A DNA stretch of 64,000 bases. Origin: Klebsormidium nitens. Lineage: Eukaryota; Plantae; Klebsormidiophyceae. The number at the start of each line of letters is the position of its first letter. The first letter of the stretch is position 1. The notes under the pieces are model-generated. The model ran no database searches. It was not told the DNA's origin and saw nothing but the letters and a program-made list of their open reading frames with translations. This document shows, one piece after another, positions 25,601-38,600 of this stretch. The stretch spans positions 33,691 to 97,690 of the forward strand of contig DF237243.1 of the NCBI GenBank assembly GCA_000708835.1, read 5' to 3'. Made by a program: the position numbers and the translations under genes.

Positions 25601-28600
25601 AGACAAAGTCAGTACGTTGGCCGAAGCGGAACACCACTCTTCGTGAGATGCTGCTTGTCTATCCCGTCAAGCCACGGCACATAAATCCCAAATTCAAACC
25701 CCCCCTGTTCAGAGGCTCGAAACGGGAAACATTTCCAGTGGACTGTTGAGCAATCAACCCAGACAGTCCAGACAAACCAAATCCCGAAAGCCTACTAAAC
25801 GGAGAGGGAATTCGCCGTGGTTCCAAAATGTTGCAACTCTGGACGGGCAAAGCAAATTTTTTGAGCCGTATCTGATAGAGCAGTCTACCAAACCGGGAGG
25901 TCCTTTCACCGATTCGAATTCCCAATTGTTAAAACGCTATTCCGGACGCCATGTGTCAACTAGCACGGACTAAGTTTGTTACGTCCGGAGTAACATTTTT
26001 GCTTTACCCCTCCGGAATTGCATATTCGAAATTAGGTCGAATACTCTGAACACCTCAAACCGTGTACCCACTCACCTGCACGGTGAACCGAGCAGCCCCC
26101 ATCCATTTGAACGCCTCTGACTCAATGTCGACATCCGAGACGAAACCTGCGCATCAAGGACCGACCAATTTGCGAACGCCGGGGCGAGGTGCGAAAGGTA
26201 CTCTTGACGACAGAAGATAATTGCTGACAAGCACGCAGACTGCCCTTGTTGCAACAGTACACGGAACGTAAGGAGACTGTCAGGCTCTTCAAGGCCAGCC
26301 ACCTGGCTCAACAATGAGCTCGATGGCTGTTCACGCAAACCCGATTTTCAAGTGAGGGCCTGAACCCGATGGCGCGCTTGAGGTACTGTCGAAACGGACA
26401 ATTGTATCCGATCTTGGGCGTCCCTGCTGCCTATCATTTCCATTTTAGGTGACCGTACGGTTGCAAAAGCGGGACGGTCGAGGGCCTTTTGGCTGTGCGA
26501 AGAGAAGGACGGCTCACCCCATGTGACGCACAGGAGGCCATGGTAGTCCTTCACCCCCTGGCTCAATGTGAATACGTCCAGCTTCTTCTTCTGGCCTGCA
26601 TGAAGGAAAGGGGTTTACGCCAACGTTGATTGCCTAGGACGACGGGTAACCTGGTTGTGGATTGGCTTTCTCGACAAGACCTGGGTGATGCTTTCAAGGT
26701 GTTACCGAAATCAGGGGCATACTCCGTGTAGAGTGCTCGTTGAAGCTAGAAATCGACATGTGCTACAGCCTGTTTCCAAGTACGAACATGAAGCTCCTCA
26801 ACTCCCAAGCTTGTCATTCGTCGAGGGAACGGAAGGACCTTCCGAAGAAGACGGGTTGTGCTCAACCAGGACAGAAAGACGGACTGTCGATTGAAGCGCG
26901 CACGGATAGGACGCAATAAGCTCGCGACGGCTCACCTAGGATGATGGCAAGAACAGCCCCAGCCGGATCATACGGTTCGCCAGCAAGCGTCAGAAACGAC
27001 TTTGCGAGCCCGTTTCCCGATCCTGCAAACGGGTTTTGAGATGACCGGTTGCTTTGTAGGGTTGCGCCCAACGTTGACTGGAGATGCTTGCTGTAAGTCG
27101 ACCCTTGCTGGCTCTTTGGGGAGCTATGGGAAAAATGAACCTTGAGAATCTTCGATGAAGGCCTCTGAGGAGGGGGCTACGACACAGTTTGAAGCAACCT
27201 GTCTCACAGACGGCTGCAGCTTTTGATCACGTTGATCACATTTCTTGAAATCCGCCTTCCCTTTCGTATCCCCCCCGGCCCATATCCGAAGTATCCGTCT
27301 TGACCAGACCCAGTCTCTGTACCAGTATGAAGTGCACGAGCTTGTTCATGAAGATGCTCACCTGCTGGGACGAGGCCAATGGGAATCTGAATCGCCTCTT
27401 GCCAGTCTGCTCGGTCAAGAAGACCATTCATCACCTGCAAACAAGCAGCGGCTTTTCGTATTTCTAGTCGAATGCAACTCTTGCAGAAATCGTGCTGTAA
27501 GGAGGTTCTTTTCATCTCAGAAACTCCTCTTGCTCGAGGGTGCTACGAGAGCCCCCTGACACCGGTGAGCATGTAGTCTAACCTTGCTTCCAACAAAGCC
27601 AGGAAAGCGGTTTGATTGTTCGCCACCCAGAGAGTTCCTCTCTGTATGCTGAGATTTACGAAGCAAGGGCTGCTCATTCTCGCGCTCAGATCGAGGACGG
27701 ACTGCTGCTGTGAAGGTTTGTTTGCGCGATGCTCAGGTTTCGCATGTAAGCAGAAACGGTCCAAAGATGAAAGGTCGCCTGTGCTGTCTGCCTGCATGGA
27801 AAGTGTCAAGTTTCTTACCTCCACAGCACTCCCATCACCACTGACACAGACGATCCCATCGCACGACCTCCTCTCCGCTTCTTGAGCAATCTCCTTGGCA
27901 TGGTTCCAATGAGTGGTGACTGCAAAGAGCCAGAGACCATCAGAGCTCAGCAGCATAAAGAGGAGGGACTTGAAGAGGGTCAAATCAGAAAAAGACAAAG
28001 TTATCAAGTCAGAAGTAGCGTGGGGAGCAGGAGAATTGCACTTTGCACCTGCACCTTGCCCACACACTTATCCAATAATGGACACATTCCAGCTGTTGTT
28101 GGCACGAAAATCTGTGATTCAGCACCGGTCTGCACAATTGAAGAAGGGGCGAAGGCCAATTTTTGGTGAAAAGCGGCATGCCCGATCCATACATAAAGAT
28201 GGTGCTTCCGAAGGCTTTCACTGACTCTAGAAGTTTGTCACTCAACGAAGTAATAAAATCACAAAGACGTTGAGTGGCCAAAAGCAGGCAGCATTAGAGT
28301 GGAGCTGATTTCCAAGTGAAGTCTTCCGTGTGAGCCGAATGGACCTTTTCTTTAGGCGAAGCAGAGAGGGATCCCCCTGACAATCATCAGGTGCTCACAT
28401 GTGGTGGTGTATTGCACTCCTGCCGCCTTGAGGAGAGGTTCAACATCTTGATTGTAGATCTCAGGGGCCTTGCCTCTGCCGCTCTTTGGATTCACTATCA
28501 CGATCAGTCGCTTTGGTCTGCCTGCACATTGAAAATTTTTGGGGTTGTGCGGGCAATGGTTGGAGATGCAGGATCGGATCAAGCGCGAATAGGATTTTGA

Positions 28601-28934
28601 TCTGGTTCATTGTCGACTCTTCCCTGTTAGACAGGACACATTCTGTAGCAAAAGCCTCTTCGGTCTTCTTACCGCCTACTCCAAGACTTTCTGAAGAGCA
28701 ACAGTAACACGTAGGACGACAATGTGTGCAGAGATTAGAACATGCTGAGCTGAACTTACCTGCGCTAGCAAAAATGCCTTCCAACGTTGTCCCCCAATCG
28801 TCATGGGACTTTTGCTCATCAAACTCAAGGATTGTGCTCTTGACCCTTCTTTTAGGTCCCCGGAAGCAACCCCCAGGGGCGAGCGGCAGAGAGTTTATTG
28901 TTATACTTGTAGCCCCTGTGCTAAAGCCCAAGGC
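22628..28934 (-). CDS. SPHK: Sphingosine kinase (DAGK catalytic family); 5'-most exon(s) not resolved
   Basis: Exons translate to RPKRLIVIVNPKSGRGKA, GIVCVSGDGSAVE/VMNGLL, PIGLVPAG/SGNGLAKS, GFVSDVDIESEAFKWMGAARFT, EGPFTLIWANN, APKAE/LSDGFLDVVIV and VKAFRFEPG...LCVDGE. These are the C1-C5 conserved regions of plant-type sphingosine kinases. Confidence 0.92.
24000..24420 (-). repeat. ~110 bp tandem repeat (4 copies) overlapping an acceptor region of the sphingosine kinase gene
   Basis: tcat(g/a)t(c/t)tgcgg...gg(g/a)(t/c)tag(c/t)(g/a)(g/a)cg...gctaa(c/a)cgg recurs at ~24000, ~24112, ~24243 and ~24341. The first copy abuts the exon beginning ...MKESLLGG. Confidence 0.75.
24797..24868. repeat. 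Short ~21-bp tandem repeat (aaacg(t/c)ggat(c/g)cac)
   Basis: Three to four imperfect copies: aaacgtggatccacacattgt / aaacgcggatgcacacttcgt / aaacgtggatccacgctacg / aaacgctg. Confidence 0.7.
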
Positions 28935-29848
28935 CTGCACACAATGAAATCAACTGAGAAGGGAAGAGAACAGGAAATGCATATGAACAAAGCAGTGAAA
29001 GAAGACTTCCTCCATTATGCATTGCTCTCATAAGATCTAGGCAAGATTTAGGTCTTTCTTTTGAGTCCTATTTTGGAGTCCCCGATTGCAGGTCTTACAA
29101 TTGGTGCTACTTTAGTACTGCCATCTAAAAATGGGGGCATTCAAGCCACTCAGGAGAGCATATCAATGCCTAAAGCAGCCGATCGAACAGGCCATTCAGC
29201 AGCCAGCCCTGCATTCTCCCTTGATGGAAAGCCCAAGCGATGATTGTATAACCGGACTACCTTTTTTGGCCACCCACCTCATTCAGAATGTCCAAAGCAC
29301 CCCCTGGCCAGCGCAGAACTCCATCCGAGCTCAAAGTCGCCTCTCCTTTCTTCCCTTCAATTGTAATCAATGCTTTGCTGGCAGCCATACTAATGATAAG
29401 TGCGTCAAAGGCCTATGACGATTGAATACCACTTTAGCTGCCAAAGTGCGCAATCTGCAAAACTTGCAGTTATGCCGTCCGCCCTAAATAAGTTTGAAGA
29501 AAACGCTAGGAGCCCAGCCAGTACTACTGAACGCACTTGGTGTCTTGAGCTGCTATGCTTGTATAGCCAATTGCCAGGTAGAGGAAGAGAATGATGAGCT
29601 GTGCGCTTGTGCTGCCCCTCTTCTTGCAAATGCAATGCAATTCGTTGGACAAGGCTACAACTTACAAGGCTAGGTATTATCCGACTCATTGTCAAGCTAG
29701 GAGGCTGCATAATGCGCCAAGCTATACACCTTCTGCACGGCCGCCGACGCTTGATGCATGGAATAAAAATCGCGAATGTGCGCGCGAGCAAAGGGCGCAA
29801 ATCTTCGAAGCGCGCGCGGCATCCCCGGTTGTCGTGCGTTCAGCCAAA

Positions 29849-30552
29849 AGCCTCCAACCCAGCCTCACAGATTTTATGAGGAATCTCTCATATTACCCAA
29901 GGCCGGCAACTGGCAAATAAGTCATAAGTCAATGACGAAACTTCCAGTTCGGTATGGAGAATCTGCTCAGAGCTTATGGTGAATTTGAATCCCCGGGCGG
30001 TTGTCACAGGGAGGAACCGGGCACACTAAAAACCTAGGATAGAGTGACCGCCACACACCCTAATGTCAGTGGGAAGTGCCCGGTTGTCACCCGGTTGCCC
30101 GCGAGACCCTAATGTCACAGGGAGGGCCCGGTTGCTTCTCGGGTGGTATGCGAGACCCTAATGCTAGTGGACTTGCAGTGTTGGTGGCACCCGGTGCAAG
30201 CCGTCGCGGACCACCACCCCACAAGGGGCGCCGCCCTTATGTACTGCAATCCACACGGTCGCGGCGGCAATTCAAAACGGTCGCTTCGGCCGTCCTGCAC
30301 GGTCGATATTAAGCCGTGCACTGCCGATCGGACGGCGCAGATACCTCGCTGTGGATATGTTGCTGAGCCCGGTCGGCAGCACACCGGGATGCACATATCC
30401 ACGCCGGCGGCAGCCTAATTCTTCATACACCCTTTTCAGATTTCTCATACCAATATGGAAGTTTCGTCATTGACTTATGGCAATAATACCATTTTCCAGA
30501 CTTGGGTAATATGAGAGATTCCTCATAATATCTGTGAGGCTGGGTTGAAGCC
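29849..30552. mobile_element. MITE-like element with ~125-bp inverted repeats
   Basis: 29849-29978 (caacccagcctcacagattttatgaggaatctctcatattacccaag...cataagtcaatgacgaaacttcca...) is the reverse complement of 30423-30552, with scattered mismatches. The interior is non-coding and has three (g/c)a(g/c)accctaatg repeats. No TSD identified. Confidence 0.7.
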
Positions 30553-32608
30553 TCACTGGCCTGGCAGGTGCAGCCCCCGTGCGGCCAAGCGGGAGCCATG
30601 TTGAATCGCGGCAAACTCGCGCGCCTCAGCTGAAAGACTTGCTAGGATTCCCTACCCGATCACTACAAGCCTTCAGCAAGCAGCCGGGGCCCTGACTTAG
30701 CCCGTAGTCAACTTCTCTAGCGAACCCCACTGATCACGAGTGGAGGGGGAGTTTTGCTTATGACTAATAGTCATGCAGCCCGGCTGTGACTTCTTCTGGA
30801 GCACGCCCTGTAGCATATGGGTAGGAGGCCCCCTTCCTCCCCTCCCGTTGACACAATTAGTGTTGATTCTTAGCAATACAACTTCAAATATACATTGAGA
30901 TTAGCCATCTAGATAAAAAGTTGATAGATAAATACTCGATAAATAATCTTATGTATTGACGCTGTTATATTGCTAGGAATTGAACGCTTGATCGTTAGGT
31001 GAGGACCTGTAGATAAATCCGTCCAATCACATGTACACTATTTCTTTGCCCTCTGAGCTATACCGAAAGAAACCATCGCTCTTATGAGGACTCTAGAAGA
31101 TGCGATTACACCATTGGCCCACATGGCATCTGCTTGTGCTAGAACGTGCTTCTGATGGCCGGGCCATCCAAGGGTGCTTCAACCACTCTACTGAATAGCT
31201 CGCGAGACTGATCATCGCTGTCTGGCTACCACAACACAGCAGCGGTGCGCATGTCAAACAATCGTTGGCACGAGTAAATTAGAGCCATCTTTCCATCTTG
31301 CTCATGCAATCTCATCTATATCTTTGTCTAACTAACTTTAGGACTCGTGCCTCAGTCACGTACTGCGTGCTGTATTCATTGTCAGATTATGCGGCCGCAC
31401 GCAGTCTATGAATACCATGCATGATAGATGCGGTTTGACTCCGATCTCACCACGCGCAATCTGCATTTAATTCGGTTTGATGTACGTGCCAAAAGGGATT
31501 TCTTAATGTCGCATGTTCACGATAGTAATGAGCGTGCGGGGCCGCCACCCACGACCATGACCATAGGCCAGCTAGTAATTCGACAATTCAACTTTCGTAG
31601 CTCCCTACACCGTAGCTGTCCATATCTCGCTGCGGACACTTGTCTAGCTGGCTCGTATGCGTACAGATTGAGAAGTGCATTACAACCTAGGGTGGCAAAG
31701 CTTCCATTGGCGGCAATGATCCAACCTGCACTTCAAGTCGCAAAATTAGGTGCAGAAAAGCGTAACATCGTCCAATCATTATTTTGCTCAACTATACAGG
31801 AGACTACCTTGCACACAAGATCTCTAAGCTGCAAGAAGCTCCCGACTTGCTGCGGCGTCCTGTTCAACAATATCACGACGAACATATTACAAAATGTACA
31901 GTTGTCATGCGCGCATGCCCTGCAGCTTTTGGCGGCTCCCCTAGAGCAGACGCCCGGTGCAGCCTCCTTGAGCGAAGCGACAATCCTGAGAAGTTCGAAA
32001 CATGAGATCATCTCAGTCCTCGCAATTTCCGGTTAAAAGCGGATTCAGACAACATGGAATGGATGCGTATCCAGGCAATTGAGGTGAATGCAGAGATCCG
32101 TGCGCCTCTTTCAAGGATGCGACCAGACAACCCGCCTTCCAACATCACCCGTTCGCTTATGCCAAGAGGAATCTACCACAGAAAGCACGAGTCAGGCGGA
32201 ACGCAGAAGATTGGAATGGCTGGGGGACAGCACAAAACCGTGTCGCAACCGTCTTATCTTTCGACAAGACACAAATGAACGCTTCAGGTTCGCTATGATC
32301 CAGCGCTTCTGCCATGTTTGACCCAAACCATGTTTTGGAACCTGTCCTTATGCGACAGGAGTCACAGGAGAGGACTGCTCGAGGCCAAATGTTGCGGACT
32401 GGAATTGTTACGTGAAGTTCGGACGGCTGCGACACGGCTTCGGCTATCCTGAACTTCTGCGATCCGCCACGAGTCGCTCCTCGCAAACAAACGTATCATT
32501 TTCGGTATAGCCCAGAGGGCAGAGAAAGAGTGTACATTTGTGTTGGACGAAATTATCTACGGATCTCCACCTAATAATCTAGTAGCATCCAGTTCACAGC
32601 AAGTCTCA

Positions 32609-35600
32609 TCACAGCGTCAAGATCGTAGCGCTTACTTCGAAGGGGTACGTGTCCGGCACGACCAGCGCCGGCGTGGAGAAGACGTACAGCGGCCGGTCCC
32701 AGAGGCCCCGCCAGCGCATCTCCACGAAGAACGCCCCGTACCCGCGCCCGGGGGGAGCCAACCGGGCCTCGTAGCGCACGCCGTCGCCCAGGTTGGGCCC
32801 CCGGGGCTTGAGCGCCCGGGGGGTGAAGCAGAAGGGCTGGACGCAGCCGCCCGCGATGCGAAAAGTTGAGCTGGTGGAAATTGGGGTGGAAGAAAGGTAT
32901 CGATTGACAAGGAAAGCTTTTCAGTTTGTGCGTCACCGCATTGCAACAGAGAAGAAAGAGGGCGAGCAAACTGTCCGCAAGGTGAAGTATCGAACGTGGC
33001 GAAGACCAGGATGCAGAAAAATTGTCAGAGAGATTCGAACCGTCGAGTTTGCGCGTCACCGTATTGATATTGAGGAAGAAAAGACGGAGGCACAGACTTA
33101 TGGGAGGCCAAATCTAGCCGCGACTTCGATGGTCGAGCTGGTGAAGATGGTCAACAACCGTACTGATCGGCGCGTTGCCGCTTCAAAAGATGGGAAAAGA
33201 GGAGGCCCAGTCTAGTCGAAGCCTCTCGCGAACATAGATAAAGAAGTCCAAAATCTGTTGACTGAGTGATCGCGGACGTTTCTTTAGCAAGACTGAAATG
33301 CAATTCATGTTCTTCTTAAACGAGAGTAAAAAGACCTCTCAAGCTCTTCAGCATTTTCCAAAGTGGACAGAACGGAACCGCTGTCAGCATCTTCCTGTCG
33401 GACACTGCAAAGCTCCAAAGCCAAAGCCAGTGATACCGCCGTCTGACACCTGTCCGGATGAGGAGTCAGGGGAAAAATGACGACCTTTTTGAACAGGGCT
33501 GTCTTGCCCGAAACAGCTAGGAGCTGGGGCTGCGGAGGAGAAAAGTAGCCTAGACTTACCAGTTCCCGTAATCCCGAGTGACGAACCGAAAGTCGCGCCT
33601 ATCGTTTCCAGGCGGGGTGTACGCTGACCTGGGGCGACAGGCGCGGGCACACTTGTTAACGGCTCACTTGACAGAAGCAGAGGACTTCCGGCCATTCCGA
33701 ACGGTTCTTTTCTAGGGTTCTTTTCGTAGGAGTTCCCACGAGAAGTTGATCGTTCGTTGAGGGTCCACGTGGCGCTCTTAACGCGATGACTATGCCCGTT
33801 TCGTGCATGAGAAGCACATGCTCCCTAGAAGAAAATGTTTTGCACATGCAAGGACAAGTGCTTTGCAATTCTTTAGCAAAGCGCGAAAACCAGAGGCGCT
33901 CTGAGGAAAGATAAGAAACGCCCCGCTCTCTCGCATTACAGGCGAAGCCCTTCCCGTTCGTTCCTTCCGTCCTTCCGTTTTCAGACCGACAGAACACCAC
34001 CCATTCCCTTTCATGAATACCAACACTCGCTTTCGCGGTACCTAAGGATCGTTTACTCTTGGACCAGCTTGCGTCTATAAGCTGATTTACACCTGATCTA
34101 GCGAAGCTTAACTCACCACTGGATGATTTTCTGAGGCACGTCCGTACAGAAAATCTCGATCCGCCCCTCCTCCCGGTGCAGCTCGTACCGGTACTTGGGC
34201 CTTGCGCGTCCCGGTCCACCTCCCAGGGGGGTCGCCGCATAGGGCTCCGCAAGCTGCAGCAACCCCCCCTCGCGCGCCTGCACCTGCTTTGCGCACTCCC
34301 TCTCCCAGTCTTTCTCTTCCTGACTCAGCTCTACATCTCGCGTGTTCTCGCTAGGCAGCGCAAGAAACAATCCGTTTCCCCCCCCGGCGTCAGCCCCGGC
34401 TCCGACCCCCGGAAAACGTGCCACCTCTTTCCTTCCCCCGTCGTCAATGCCCCCCCCTTGCGCAGCCTTGCTTGGAAAGCTAAGAAAGTCCTCACTTTCT
34501 ACCCCGGCCGAGGCTCCGCCTTTTCCCCCCTGGACCTGTGCCCGTTTAGCCCCCCGGTTAACCTCCCCGTCCTCTCCCCCACTTTTCCAACGCGCGACAT
34601 CCTCCCCCCCGAAAGCGTCCAGGATTCCCTCCAGCCATCGGAACCGCCACGGCCGGCTCTCGTCGAGCAGTGCCCGGTACACCGTCTGCAAGCCCCGGGG
34701 GGTTCCGCACATCCGATAGATATCACGCCGGGATACCTCATCCCCCCCCTCTTCTTCTCCGCTAATTGGCCCCCTTACTTCCGAAGCGTTCCCTGACGGG
34801 GACCCCTGTCCGTCCCGCCCCCTCCGCTGAGCGGCAAGCCCTATTACTAGTGATCCCGCTTCTAATTTCCCCCGGTTGGTCACCCTCCCCCCAATTTTGT
34901 CGGTCCCGACCCCGCCCGCGCTGCCGGCCGCATCCCCCCGTTTTGAAGCACTCTCTGCCGCCCCCTGACTCGACGCACTTTCTGCCCCCCCCATTTTCGC
35001 AGCAACCCCCTCACTCAAAGCACTGTCCGCACCCCCCTGGTTCGGAACGCTATGCGCACCCCCCTGATTCGAAATGCTTCGTCCACCCCCCTGGTCCGCG
35101 ACCCTTTCTGACCCCCCCGCCAGATCATGGGCCCGCTGGCTGTCCATGACGCTGAGGTGAAATGCAGCGATGGCCTTCACGAGCTTGGCGATGCTCGTGA
35201 TGAGAGTATGCTCCGTGTTGGCCAAAATTAAAGCGTGCTTCTCGCCGGGAAGAGCGTCCCAAAAGAAGCGGCTGCACAAGGAAAACGGCATGACTAAATG
35301 AATTGAAGCAACTATATCTCTCACAAGTGCTGGTCTAAGGAAATCTTAGCGGACTGACAGTCATCACTGTACCGTGTGCTCCGTGTTGACTAGAGCAAGG
35401 GCGTGCTTCTCGCCGGGAAGAGCGTCCCAGAAGAAGCGGCTGTACGGAGGTAAATCGGGTAAGTAAGACAGTCGTTAGGTTTGTCTAGCTTGCAAGGGTC
35501 AACTTTAGGAGCTTGGAGATGTTTGATGAGACTGTAATCCGCGTTGGCAAAATCCAGGGCGTGCTTCTCGCTGGGAAGGGCGTCCCAGAAGAAGCGGCTG

Positions 35601-38600
35601 CACGAAAAGAACGGCAGGACTACATAGACTGAGGCAAACAATTTCAACTACGTTTCTACAAGTGCTGGTCTAGGAGAATTGGGCGGAGTAAGTATGATTT
35701 CATAGCGTGTGCTCCGTGTTTACTGAATTCAGGGGGTGCTTGTCGCCAGGAAACGCGTCTCAAAAACGCGGCTGTACAGGGAGGTAAGACAAAAGTAAGA
35801 CCCAATCCTTGGAGATCCATCTTCCTTAAACAGCACAGGCACACTTCGAGAGTTTGGCAACGCTCGAGACCAAAGGAAGGACGGACTAAAGAACGAAGAT
35901 TGGCGCTGTTAAAAACGCGACCAGGCTTGGAGCAAAGACCAAAAGATATAAATCTCGATTATGTTCAGTTAGGTGTATGTTGAGTTAGATCAGTACCCCG
36001 GGCGCAAACAATCTAAAAACCTACATCCAAAGGTTAACATGCTCCGTACCCGTACCCACCCTAAACCCCCAAACCAACCCCACCCGTCCCCCGGGCATGA
36101 CCTAACTCAACATAGCCGTAACTCAACATAAATTCGAAACTACTCCAAAAGATGGAGCAATGAAGTTTAGCAAGTTGGAGAAAACTGACGAGCGTAATTA
36201 AAGAGAGGTAAAATTCGCCGCGCACCCGTCGTCGATCATGAAGAACTCGTCCTGCGAAGTGGTCACCAGCAGCTTGGGCATCATCAGCCGGTCGCGGTAC
36301 TGGTACCCGTCTATCAAGGCCTGCGTCGTAAGAAGCTCAGTGAGCAATTCAAGACTCCGATTCAAGCGCAATGCAGACTCCAAGTCAAGCGCAAGGCAGA
36401 AGAAGGGAAGACTTTGACTACGAGGAAAGTGTCACGGACTTCTTTCCTATTTTTACGGGTTTGATGTAGATGAAAAAGACGACGCTTCCTTTCCAGGTCG
36501 TTCTCCTTGAAATTCGTCCATATGTGCAACTTCAGGACGTTCTGTGGAAAGTGCTCGATAGCGGTAGAGCCAAGCTCAAAGGCATGTTGTTTCGAGCTTC
36601 CAATCTGCCGGCACTCATCCAATTTTCCTTTGACCTCCAATTGCGGATGTGAGAAAAGAAGCCTCGCAGCAGCAGCGATGTCTTTGGCGGCCGCCAATGA
36701 GTGGGTGGAGCCTTGGCTACCTTGACACCATGATATCTCGATACCGTCATCGGCGCCACACAATTGCGCGCAAGATCTGCCCATTGAAACAATCAAGATA
36801 ATTCTACCACTTTCCGATAGGAGTAAGTAAGACAATCTCGACGGGAATTCTCTCCGCTACTGAAGGGCCAAAGCCTGTCAATAAGGGTTGAAGCCCGGTG
36901 AAGAGTTGAAGGAGATTACTCCCTCGTTGAAAGGTTAAAGCGTGTTACGAGGGGTTTACGCTTGTTAAGGAGTTAAGGCCTGATAAGGGGTACAAGCATG
37001 ATAAGGGGTTGAAGCGGCTCACCCACAGGCGATCCATGCCGGGGGTGGTCAGATCGCGCGTGATGTTGAGGTCGTAGTAGTCGCGGAAGGTGAAGGGCCA
37101 GCCCCCCAGGGAGCGGTAAAAGTGCGCGAGGTTTGCCTGCGCGTTCAGCAGGTCCATCACGATGGGCACCGCGCACGTCACGCGCTGCACACGATGACGT
37201 CAGCATGAGAATCTCGGAGAGAGAAAAGCGGAGTACTGATTGGAGGGGCAAACGCCTGCACATCCTTCCTCACATTGATCATCGACGGCTCTCCAAGCTT
37301 TGCTTCTGACGAAGTTGTCGAAGTTTGTCATGCCTGTTTGCTAATCCCTGCCCTAACGAATCTAGGATAACCGGAGCCACTTGAACGAAGAGAAGTCCAC
37401 GGGTTGAATGAAACGTGTGCACTGCAATTGGCCTCAGCAACTTTGCCCAGTTGAAATCTTGTAGAGTTCACCATACCTTGTCAACGGCAGCCGTGAGCCA
37501 CGCCACCCAGCCGCGCTTGCTGGCGCCAACGACGGCAAAGTTTTCGATCTGGGGAGAGGGAGAAAGCAGGCGATTAAAAGGTACTTTCCGGATTGAAAAA
37601 TACTATCCTAGCCGCCAAGGGTTGGACGACTGTACCTGTATCGATCTGACTCTTTGTTTGAATTGAGCTTCACCAAGTGCATCCTTAAAGTTCTGCCTTT
37701 AACCCGCAACCCAGCCGCAACGATAACGATTGTTGAAAAGGAACTCATTTCCTCGGACCATATCGGCTAGTACAGGCAGGGTTGACGCCTTTTGAAGACG
37801 GCTTATGTGGCAAATCAACCAGCGGCAGGGGCACGAGCACGCACGCAAAAGTCGGTTGGACCCGCTTGCTCGCGAGTACAGTTCTCAGAAGCGGAGCCTT
37901 AGAAGAGCATCGGCGTCCTAAAAGGGAGGTGCTAGAGTCAAGAATACCAGCGATTGATCCTTCACCTGGTTGCCCAAGAGCTGACGAGCGTAGGCCTGCA
38001 CCGTGTCCATGGCACGCACGGCCGCCTTCACCATGGGGAAGCGAGCGGGCCACTCCACCTGCAGGGTTAAAAGCTTCAGAAAAGAAGGCTTTGCGCATCC
38101 CAAGACCCTTTTAGGTTGAATTCCAGCGACGATCTTTGTTGTTGAGCGTCTTGGATAAAACCAGTATTCTTACGATGAGGATCAAGCGCCAAGTCGGTGG
38201 AATTAAGAGCCTTCAACCCTTGTATACGACGTGACTCTATCAGACTCCGCCGGGTCTCCTTGACATGCATCATTCGCTCGTTGACATTCCTGCGAGCCGG
38301 AGCATTCACGCAAACACCGGGTTGCTTCGCGCGCGAGAGAAGCATAGAATGCAGCACGGCTCAAAAGAATATAAGGTCAATAGGACTTCTTGCGAGGATT
38401 CTTGGCGGCATATTTCCAGATCAAGTTAACCTCAAAGCAGCCCGCAAAGTAGTTCCAAGACATCTGCGGTTCTACGTCACTCCTGACGTTGCTCACAATC
38501 AACAACGCCCTTCTCGCTAACAGCGTGAACCATTCGGGGGCGAAAATAAGGGACGTTGGAAAAGTTAAGAATCTGCGAACTTCCAGGTGACTTCTGACCT

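Noticed and set aside
31428-32486. ORFs between the MITE and the PqaA 3' end
   Set aside because: Overlapping short ORFs on both strands with no recognisable motif or splice-supported structure.
34176-34796. Plus-strand Pro-rich ORFs (34176-34796, 34342-34719, 34766-35149) and similar antisense ORFs over GC-rich exons (e.g. 8159-8719, 11738-12178, 48548-49126)
   Set aside because: Shadow frames of GC-rich coding exons with no independent motifs.
36045-36090. Telomere-like ccctaaa tracts here and at ~23325-23350
   Set aside because: Only one or two imperfect units; not an interstitial telomere array.
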